Below are positions 56,540-64,000 of a DNA stretch of 64,000 nt, one piece after another. Position numbers and translations under genes: made by a program. The notes beneath the pieces are model-generated. The model searched no databases, was not told where the DNA came from, and saw only the letters and a list, made by a program, of their open reading frames with translations. This DNA comes from Acidobacteriota bacterium (GTDB taxonomy: Bacteria > Acidobacteriota > UBA890 > WLXD01), in assembly GCA_963666215.2 (NCBI GenBank), contig CAXWPL010000005.1, forward strand, positions 319,331-383,330. The letters are read 5' to 3'. Position 1 is the first letter of the stretch. Each line of letters begins with the position of its first letter.

Positions 56540-57643
56540 ATGCTCAACCTGCAACCGATGCGCGGCGTGCCTGGTGCAGTAAGGGAATATGCGCGTGGAT
56601 GGAATGACGACACGATGCAGCTGAGGCGGCATCGGCAGAAGCCGAGTCTCGAAAGTCTCCGAACAACCTGGCGCGATCTGCCGCCCGCCGACAGCCCCAT
56701 GCCCAAGCTCTGGTCGCTGATCGTCTTTGGCCACGACCGGCGCCAAAGTAAGCTGCTGCGCCAGTACACGCCGCTGCTCCGAACCGTGCGTGTACAAGTG
56801 ACGCCCTCGTACTGGAACCGAAACTTGGCGAACGAGCCACGCTACGAGGGCTGGGAATGGATGGAGTGGGCGCTCTGGTGCGTCGAGAGCTGGCTGCGCG
56901 ATGGATTCAACGTGGCCTTCCAGCTCCACGACGACGCTATCGACATCGCACGCCCCGACTATGCGGCGGAGTGCGTCGAGTTCGTCGAGCAGCTCGAGTC
57001 GCGCATCGCGGCGATAGGCCGGCCGCTTCGCGGACGCGTGATTGGGCAACTGTTCGATGCGGAGTGGGAAGACAAACACTACGTGGCCGATGGCTGGCGC
57101 GGCTACGTCGAGCGCATCGCGCCCTGTGTACGCGCCATGCGCGGTAGCCGTCACCCGATCCCACTGTTCGGCCCTGGCGGCACGCACCCTGAGGACGACA
57201 CGCTCGACGATGTGCTCGCCGCAATGACAGCTCGTGAGGCGCGCTTCGACCAGTGCACCGCACACATGTACAGCGACTGGGGCTCGGGCGGCTGGGGCCG
57301 GGGCTGGGAAAAGCGCTTCCTCCAGCTGCTCGAGACAGCGCGACAGCACGGCTATCCCGACCTCGCGATCACCGAATGTGGCGTCTCCGGCCGCCGAGGC
57401 TGGGGCGACGATCTCAATTCGGGAACCGCTATGCAGCGCCACGACACTCGCCTGGGTTCGCTCAAACGCCGTCTCGACCGCGATCCGCGCGTCCGTGCGT
57501 GTTGCTATTATCAATTCACTGAGGGGCCCAGCGAGCGCGACGAGGAGCACGGCGGTGGCTTCGGCCTGTTCGTGCCCAACGAGAACGCGCTGACGGGCTG
57601 GGATCCGAAGACGGCTGTGCGCTACTTCGCGGCTGTCGTGTAG
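56540..57643 (+). CDS. clan GH-A (TIM-barrel) glycoside hydrolase-like protein
   Basis: ORF 56294..57643. Start uncertain (ATG 56540, 56558 or 56615). Acid/base-type NEP motif (NLANEPRYEG) and nucleophile-type ITECG motif. Confidence 0.6.
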   Translation: MLNLQPMRGVPGAVREYARGWNDDTMQLRRHRQKPSLESLRTTWRDLPPADSPMPKLWSLIVFGHDRRQSKLLRQYTPLLRTVRVQVTPSYWNRNLANEPRYEGWEWMEWALWCVESWLRDGFNVAFQLHDDAIDIARPDYAAECVEFVEQLESRIAAIGRPLRGRVIGQLFDAEWEDKHYVADGWRGYVERIAPCVRAMRGSRHPIPLFGPGGTHPEDDTLDDVLAAMTAREARFDQCTAHMYSDWGSGGWGRGWEKRFLQLLETARQHGYPDLAITECGVSGRRGWGDDLNSGTAMQRHDTRLGSLKRRLDRDPRVRACCYYQFTEGPSERDEEHGGGFGLFVPNENALTGWDPKTAVRYFAAVV

Positions 57644-57668
57644 GCCACAGCCCGCCACCGGGCCCGGC

Positions 57669-59850
57669 GTGGCCTATCTGTTCATGGCGAAAGAATTGAC
57701 GAACGAAGCGAAAGCCGGGGCCCGCGACATCGTGACGGCCGACGATTCTGCGAATGGGGTCGGCGAAGCGCCCGGCATGTCCTTCGGTCAGGCCGTTCTG
57801 GTTGTGTTGGGCCTCTACGTATGGGTGGTGGCGTCGCGGTTCTACACGGTGCTTGGCACGGCACCCGACTTCTGGGTAGCCCGGGGGACCACCGGGGTCG
57901 AGCTTGTCTGGACAATCCTTCTGCTGACGGTGGCTATTCCCGTTGTGCTTGCCGTTGTCGCAGGCGCTCTGATTGGGCTGCCGTGGAGGGTGGCTCGGAT
58001 CCCGGGCTTCGGAATCGTGGCCGCTCTGTGCGCGCTTGGCGCGGCCGGGGTGTTCCGAACGCTGGGCTGGGACGTGGCGCTCACGTGGTCGGTTGCGCTT
58101 GGCGTAGCCGTCACAATCCTGATCGTGCGCTACCCAGGTCCTCGATTCCTGGTTAGCGCGGTGGCCCCTGGGCTAGTCGTCGTCGCGGCGCTCCTGCTGC
58201 TCCAACCTGGCGCCCGGCTCGTTCTACGGAGCGGCGAAGAACCGGTGAGCTTCGCGAGTGAGGTCGGCAGGCCCGTGCCCATTGTGGTCCTCGTGTTCGA
58301 TGGGCTACCGCTCTACTTCCTGATGGATCGCGATGGATCGATTGATGAGCGCCTTTTCCCCAACTTCCAGAGACTCGCAGATACCTCGACTTGGTTCCGA
58401 GATGCCACCACGGTAGCCGACTCCACCGTTCAGGCAATGACGGCGATCCTCACCGGTCGGTACCCCGATGTGACGTACCAGCGCGCGGCCGTGTTTCACG
58501 ATTATCCGGTGAATCTCCTGACTGTGCTACCCGACGAGTATCAGAAGAACGTCTTCGAACGGCACCCCCTGTTCTCGCCTCGATCATCGGCCGATCGCGG
58601 CAGCTTGCCGCCACTCATCCAGGAGAATCTTCTGGATCTGGCCTTGATCTACCTGCATGGCGCCATGCCTGCGTCGATTACGGGGCGCCTTCCGGCCGTG
58701 GACCAGACATGGCGGGGGTTCTGGCTCGGTGCGGAGTCCACAGAGGAGACTCGCGAGTCCGACAACCCCGATGAGTCTTTTCGACGCTGGGTGAGAGAAG
58801 AGACAGCTTCGTACACACACGATCGATCGGACCAATATTTCGAATTCCTCGACGCCCTATCGCCCCAGCAGGGTCTCTACTTTCACTACTACAAGAGCAA
58901 GCTGCCGCATCGCCCGTGGGAGTACCTTCCCAGCGGTCGGTCCTACAAGGGTTATCGAGACGCCCCGGTGGACAACGAAGCCTCCCAGGGGTTCCAGCGC
59001 CATCTCCTCCAGTCGATGTATGTCGACGTACAGCTGGGCCAGCTACTCGATCGACTCGACGCTTCCGAGTGGGGTGACCAGGCGTTGGTGCTGGTCACCG
59101 CTGACCATGGCGTGAGCTTCAAGAAGGGGCGACAAAGCCGGCGGCCGACGGGCAAGAGTGTTGGCGAGGTCCTCCCGATTCCCCATGTTCCTCAAGCTAC
59201 CCGGTCAGGCTGAAGGGACCATTGTCGAGGGTTTGACAGAAACCGTCGACATTCTGCCGACGATCCTCTCGGTGCTGGAGATCACGGTGCCAACCGAGTT
59301 CGACGGAGTCGATGCGCTCGCAAACCGCAGCCGGCAATCAGCGTATCACTTCATTGACAACGAACAACCGATTCGCAACGTGCAAGAGTTCACCTACTCA
59401 CGGCTCCTGGAGACGCGTCGTCGAGCCATCAAGCGCAAGTTGGACCTCGTCGGGAACCGCCGGGACCCGTGGGGCCTCTACCGCATCGGTCCGAATCCAG
59501 CTGTGGTGGGCAGGCAACTGTCCGAGCTTCGAACGGACGGCAGCTGCGAATCGAGAGCCGTTCTCGACGACATGGCGGGGCTCGAGGACGTGGATCTCGA
59601 TGGGAGAGTCGTGCCCACGCTCCTCGTCGGGAAAATCGCCCCTGGCAACACGGCGGCAGATCTCGCCGTCGCCGTCAACGGAACGATCGCAGCCACGGCG
59701 TCGACTTTCGCGGATCCCGCAGGAAACCCCGTCTTCAGCATGATGATTCCGGAGCTTCTTCTGCAATCAGGCCGTAATGCCGTGCTTCTCCTGGAGTTCG
59801 ATGCCGGGGATGCCGAGCGTCTGGGACGCTGCGCGGCGCCCGGCGCCTAG
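57669..59850 (+). pseudogene. membrane-anchored LtaS/EptA/sulfatase-like (alkaline-phosphatase superfamily) gene interrupted by a +1 frameshift
   Basis: ORF 57669..59213 has N-terminal TM segments plus VLVFDGLPL, TVADSTVQAMTAILTGRYP, LPHRPWEY and LVTADHG. ORF 59158..59850 (PMFLKLPGQ...VDILPTILSVL) continues the same domain in the +1 frame. Removing one C from CCCC at 59181-84 joins them as ...GEVLPIPMFLKLPG... Confidence 0.7.
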
Positions 59851-60126
59851 CGACTCCGAAGAAACCGCAACGTCCCGCGGCACGCCGGCGCCGGTCCGCG
59901 CGACACGAACGGACCCAGGCCTGCGGTTGTGGAGCGCGCGCGAGGTGCAATCCTCCGCCGGGACGGTCCTGCCTCATGCTCCCTCTACGACGCTCCCGGA
60001 TCGAGCCCCACGACGACAGTCGGGCAGCGAGCCCTCTTTCGACGCGGCTTGCACGATCCTTCGCGGAAGCTTCGAGAATGGTTAGAGACTTCTATGTCGC
60101 TGTCCAACGAGGGTGGGACGCACAAC

Positions 60127-61449
60127 ATGTCTCGAACCCTAGCTACCAACCTACCCACTCCGAATCGTTCGCCGCTGCGCGCCACGCGGTGTGCGATGGG
60201 GCTGGCGTCGTTCGCCGCCGCTACGCTATCCGCTTGTCCTGCGATTGACGCCGCCGCACAGACCCCGGCGCCCGACCGCGTCGCACCCACGGCGATCCTT
60301 GCGGGCACGATTCTGACCGTCGATGCCGGGACGATCTCGCCCGGGGTCGTGCTCATCAGGGATGGCAAGATCGAGGCGGTGCTCGGCGACAGCACGGTCC
60401 CGGCCGGCTACAGGCTGATCGACGCATCGAGCCGAGTGCTGATTCCCGGGCTGGTCGACGCGCACACGCATCTCGGGCTGAGGGAAGTACCGATCACCTC
60501 GGAGACCTTCGAAACCACCGAGAACACCCGTCCGTTTACTGCCGACGTCAGGGTCGAGGACTCCATCGATCTGCGGAGCATGGATTTCCGGACCGCCCTT
60601 TCGCACGGCACAACGACTGCCGTCGTACTGCCGGGCAGCAGCAACCTGGTCAGCGGCCTCGGCCTGGTGGTGAAGACACGCGGCGAACGCGGTGAAGTCG
60701 CGGACAAGGAGCCGCTTCAGGCCACCATTCTGGCTTCGCCGCGCATCTTGAAGATGGCGCTGGGAATGAACCCGAAATCGGCGTACGGCAGGAAGGGCCT
60801 GTCCCCGAAGACCCGGATGGGCGCGGCTGCCATGCTGCGCGAAAGACTCGAGGAGGCCCGCCAGTACCGTGCAGGCCAGTCGTCGTCGGTCGAGCTCGAT
60901 CCCCAGCTGGAGCCCCTCCGCCGCGCCCTCGACGGCGACATCCGCGTGCACATCCATGCCGCGCGCGCCGACGACATCCTGACGGCCCACGCCGTCATCA
61001 ACGACTTCGGCCTGCGCGCTTCGATCGGTCACGCGTACGAGGCGTATTTGGTGGCGGCGGAGCTGGCACGCACTGGAGTCCCGGTGGTGATCGGCCCGAA
61101 GCTCGAGGGTTGGTACCGCGGAACAACGCCCGAAACGCCGATCAACCTCGGCGGACAGCTGGCGGACGCCGGCGTCGAGGTCTCCATCATGACCGACGGC
61201 TACGTCGACGATCTGCTCCTGCAAGCGGCGTATGCGGTACGGCTGGGAATGGGCGAAGAAGCCGCGCTGCGCGCCATTACGCTCCACCCCGCCAATAGCC
61301 TCGGGCTCGGCGATCGCATCGGTAGCCTGGCCGCGGGCAAGGACGCCGACATCGTTCTTCTCGACGGAGCACCGTTCGAACCGGGCACCACCGTAGTCAA
61401 GGTCCTCGTGGAGGGAGAGGTCGTCTTTGATCGAACCGAATCGCCATAA
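60127..61449 (+). CDS. exported amidohydrolase family metallohydrolase
   Basis: ORF 59929..61449. Start at ATG 60127 or 60094. Signal-like MGLASFAAATLSACPAIDAAAQ. Contains IPGLVDAHTHLG (HxH) and a C-terminal GSLAAGKDADIVLLD. Confidence 0.85.
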   Translation: MSRTLATNLPTPNRSPLRATRCAMGLASFAAATLSACPAIDAAAQTPAPDRVAPTAILAGTILTVDAGTISPGVVLIRDGKIEAVLGDSTVPAGYRLIDASSRVLIPGLVDAHTHLGLREVPITSETFETTENTRPFTADVRVEDSIDLRSMDFRTALSHGTTTAVVLPGSSNLVSGLGLVVKTRGERGEVADKEPLQATILASPRILKMALGMNPKSAYGRKGLSPKTRMGAAAMLRERLEEARQYRAGQSSSVELDPQLEPLRRALDGDIRVHIHAARADDILTAHAVINDFGLRASIGHAYEAYLVAAELARTGVPVVIGPKLEGWYRGTTPETPINLGGQLADAGVEVSIMTDGYVDDLLLQAAYAVRLGMGEEAALRAITLHPANSLGLGDRIGSLAAGKDADIVLLDGAPFEPGTTVVKVLVEGEVVFDRTESP

Positions 61450-62731
61450 CCGTAGCCGTCGCGCGTCGACGAAAGCCATCGCGTTGCTCTTGGGTCTAGC
61501 CCCTGCGCTTCTGGCCGCGGCAAGCGTCACGTCAATGGCCGCGTCCTCCGAACCGGCCGCTGCCGTCCAGCATGAAGACGGCCCGACCGCGACCTGGGCC
61601 GTGCGCGGCACCAACCTCTGGAGCGACGGGACGGGAAACATTGCCGGCGGAACGGTTGTCTTCGCCGACGGCCGCATCGAGGCGGTAGGAGCGGACATAT
61701 CAATCCCGAAGGACGCCCGCATTCTCGAGGTTGCCGGAGGCTACGTTCTGCCGGGCTTCCTCGAGGCGCACTCGCAATCGGGCTTGCACGGCGATGGCGT
61801 CGGCTGGGACACCGACGAGGACACCACGCCGATCACCGCCAACCTGCACGCGATCGACGCCTACTACCCGTTCGCCGCCGACGTGGCGACGGCGCGCCGC
61901 GCTGGCATCACCACGATGCTGGTGAGCCCCGGCGGCAAGAACCTGGTCGGCGGCACGGCGGCGCTGGTGAAGACCAGCGGGGTGACCCGGCGAGAGATTG
62001 TCGTCCGCCAGCCCGCCGCCATGAAGTTCAGCCTCGGCGAAGAGCCCAAGCGCGACTCGAGCGAGCCGCGGACCCGCATGGGCGAGATGGCGATGCTGCG
62101 GCGACACTTCGCCGACGCCGCAGCCTACGATCGCGCGCAGCGGGCGGCGGCGGAGAGCGGCGAGGACTTCGTCCTCGACCCCGACCTGCACGCCACTGCC
62201 GCCGTGCTGCGGGGCGAGATCCCGGCCCTTTTCCAGGCCTACCGCGCCCAGGACATCAGCAACGCGCTGCGATTGAGCGAAGAGTTCGGCTTCGACCTCC
62301 TGCTCGCGTACGCGGCAGAGGGCCACCTGGTGGCCGACGAGCTCGCCGAGCGCGGCGTCCCGGTGATCCTGACTTCGATGAAGGGTCTCTGGTATCGGCT
62401 CGAGAAGGAGTCGTTCAGTGAGCAGAACGCCGCCCTGCTGCTCGCCGCGGGAGTGCCGATCGCCCTACAGCAGGGAGAGGGCAATCCCTATGGCTCTGGC
62501 GAGCTGCTGTTCAACGCCGGACGGCTGCTACAGGCTGGCTTCGACGACGAGGATGCCCTGCGTGCCATCACGTCGTGGCCCGCCGAGATCCTCGGAATCG
62601 CGCACCGAGTCGGAAGGCTGGCACCAGGGATGGATGCCGATGTCGTCGTCCTCTCGGGCCCGCCGTTCGACCTCCGCAGCAAGGTTCTGCACGTCTTCAT
62701 CAACGGCGAGCCGGTCTGTGAGCACGAATAG
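61427..62731 (+). CDS. exported amidohydrolase family protein, HxH motif degenerate
   Basis: 434 aa. Signal-like KAIALLLGLAPALLAAASVTS. LPGFLEAHSQSGL replaces the HxH motif. C-terminal GRLAPGMDADVVVL. Overlaps the previous gene by 23 nt. Confidence 0.8.
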   Translation: MIEPNRHNRSRRASTKAIALLLGLAPALLAAASVTSMAASSEPAAAVQHEDGPTATWAVRGTNLWSDGTGNIAGGTVVFADGRIEAVGADISIPKDARILEVAGGYVLPGFLEAHSQSGLHGDGVGWDTDEDTTPITANLHAIDAYYPFAADVATARRAGITTMLVSPGGKNLVGGTAALVKTSGVTRREIVVRQPAAMKFSLGEEPKRDSSEPRTRMGEMAMLRRHFADAAAYDRAQRAAAESGEDFVLDPDLHATAAVLRGEIPALFQAYRAQDISNALRLSEEFGFDLLLAYAAEGHLVADELAERGVPVILTSMKGLWYRLEKESFSEQNAALLLAAGVPIALQQGEGNPYGSGELLFNAGRLLQAGFDDEDALRAITSWPAEILGIAHRVGRLAPGMDADVVVLSGPPFDLRSKVLHVFINGEPVCEHE

Positions 62732-64000
62732 GAAGCGACGGGCTCGCTCGGCGGTGATCGGTACGCTGGCCCTGGTTCTGGCCGCAGGCTCTGCGGGAGC
62801 CGGACATGCCGCGTCGCCGGGAGTGTTCGTCGACGGCACCGTTGAGGAGGCGGCGCCGCAGGTAGCGCCGCCGTCCGATCTGCTACTCGATGGAAACGCA
62901 GCCGCCGCCATCCTCAACGAGATCTCGGGTGTGCGCGCCAAACGCTACGTCACCCGGTTGACCGCCTACAACCGCATCTCGGCCTCGCCCGGCTATCACG
63001 AGGCGGCCGAGTGGCTGCTCGCCGAGCTTGACGGTGCCGAGATCCTGCAGACACGACTCGAGCGCTACGCACCCGAAGATCCGCAGCCGCTGCGCAAGCG
63101 TCCGTCGCTCATCCTGCCGAACTGGACCGTCCGTGGCGCCGAGCTGCGGACGATCGAACCCGTCGACAGCCTCATTGTCAACTATGCCGAGACACCCATC
63201 AGCCTGGCACGCTACTCGCGCCCGGCGCGGGTGACCGCCGAGCTCGTGGATGTGGGGATCGGGACCCGGGCGACCGACTACGAGGGCGTCGACGTCGCCG
63301 GCAAGGTCGTGCTCGCGAGCGGCTTCTCCAGCACTGTCGAGCGCATCGCTGTTGGCGAGCACGGCGCAGCCGGCGTCGTGGTCGCAGGGGGTTCGTCCTA
63401 CGACGAGTGGAAGGGATGGGGCTACCCGGGGATGCAAACCTGGCAGGTCCTGTCTCCCGGCCCGATCGACAACCGCGAGCCGTCTTTTGCGTTCTCGATC
63501 ACCGAGGAACAAGGCGAAGCCCTGCGCCGACAGCTGCGCGCGGGCGAGCACGTGGTGGTCACGGCAATCGTCGATGCCGTGTTGTCGCCCGGTACCCAGG
63601 AGATCGTCACCAGCGTGCTCCCGGGGTCGTCCAGCCCCGACCAGGAGGTGCTGTTGCTCGGCCACCTCGACCACGTCCGGCCGAGTGCCAACGACAACGC
63701 CAGTGGCAGCGGAACGCTGCTCGAGGTCGCCCTGGCTCTTGACCGCCTGGTCGCGTCCGGACGCGTCGCCGCACCGCGGCGCTCGATCCGCTTCCTGTGG
63801 ATGACCGAAGGCGCCGGCACCTACGGGTTCCTCAACGCTCACCCGAGCATCGGCGACCGCATCCTCGCCGCAATCAACCTCGACATGGTCGGAGAGGGTC
63901 GGCTGCCCGGTACTGGCCCGATGAACGTGCACCGCCCGCCCGACTCATTACCGTCGTATTTCTTCGACGTGGTGATGAACGTCATCGACCACCTGGACAC
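62718..64000 (+). CDS. exported M28 family peptidase with PA-like insert (3' end beyond window)
   Basis: Not in the ORF track because it is open at the right edge. GTG 62718 gives MSTNRKRRARSAVIGTLALVLAAGSAGAGHAAS... Later it contains VLLLGHLDHVRPSANDNASGSGTLLE and NLDMVGE, which are M28 zinc-ligand motifs. Frame checked at 63600. Confidence 0.8.
   Translation, partial: MSTNRKRRARSAVIGTLALVLAAGSAGAGHAASPGVFVDGTVEEAAPQVAPPSDLLLDGNAAAAILNEISGVRAKRYVTRLTAYNRISASPGYHEAAEWLLAELDGAEILQTRLERYAPEDPQPLRKRPSLILPNWTVRGAELRTIEPVDSLIVNYAETPISLARYSRPARVTAELVDVGIGTRATDYEGVDVAGKVVLASGFSSTVERIAVGEHGAAGVVVAGGSSYDEWKGWGYPGMQTWQVLSPGPIDNREPSFAFSITEEQGEALRRQLRAGEHVVVTAIVDAVLSPGTQEIVTSVLPGSSSPDQEVLLLGHLDHVRPSANDNASGSGTLLEVALALDRLVASGRVAAPRRSIRFLWMTEGAGTYGFLNAHPSIGDRILAAINLDMVGEGRLPGTGPMNVHRPPDSLPSYFFDVVMNVIDHLD

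Noticed and set aside
1-64000. Window-wide look for CRISPR repeats, rRNA/tRNA, transposases or integrases, toxin-antitoxin pairs, restriction-modification systems or known anti-phage modules
   Set aside because: None were seen. There are no regularly spaced direct repeats and no nuclease, helicase, STAND or reverse-transcriptase-like ORFs. The JAMM/E1 pair lacks the E2 and Ubl partners of Bil or CBASS-type systems.

Overview
Visibly high-GC bacterial chromosomal segment with a strong G/C third-position bias. It is densely coding (about 60 genes). I found no rRNA, tRNA, CRISPR array, transposase, integrase or recognisable defence or prophage genes.

Positions 1-46.8 kb are core metabolism, mostly on the minus strand:
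- an edge-truncated radical SAM gene, a polyprenyl-PP synthase and a LolA-like protein;
- metG, nth, glyQS, a DegT aminotransferase, pckA, manC plus a phosphomannomutase, and a DASS transporter;
- an OSBS/NSAR-type enolase-superfamily gene paired with a GNAT;
- an nhaC / hypothetical / M16 / M16 / Nif3 operon;
- plsC, rhomboid, sucCD and bioY;
- a co-directional, almost gap-free array at 27.9-42.5 kb: agmatinase-like, CDF, MoeB/ThiF-like E1, JAMM, aroD-aroE fusion, Yip1, trpEGDCFBA, chorismate mutase, DAHP synthase. Most junctions share stop/start nucleotides.
- cysK plus a cystathionine gamma-synthase/lyase, then eno-ftsB.

Positions 47-64 kb look accessory, with more A/T-ending and rare codons, and encode envelope or exported functions:
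- a KAS-like condensing enzyme with a large insertion;
- an orphan GspG-like pseudopilin with Asp instead of Glu at +5;
- a small lipoprotein;
- a PP-loop ATPase with an unrecognised N-domain;
- a SAM methyltransferase with a beta-rich tail;
- a coiled-coil/TM protein built of ~17-19 aa YxDENG repeats;
- a lipoprotein arginase-fold enzyme;
- a split GT-C-like membrane protein, an SDR and a clan GH-A hydrolase;
- a frameshifted LtaS/sulfatase-like gene;
- two exported amidohydrolases and an edge-truncated M28 peptidase.

Most worth follow-up:
- the uncharacterised 47-54 kb cluster, especially the PP-loop and repeat proteins;
- the JAMM-E1 pair with no Ubl gene, embedded in the aro/trp array;
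- a ~145-bp imperfect-palindrome intergenic repeat present twice.

All calls come from reading motifs by eye. No database search was run.
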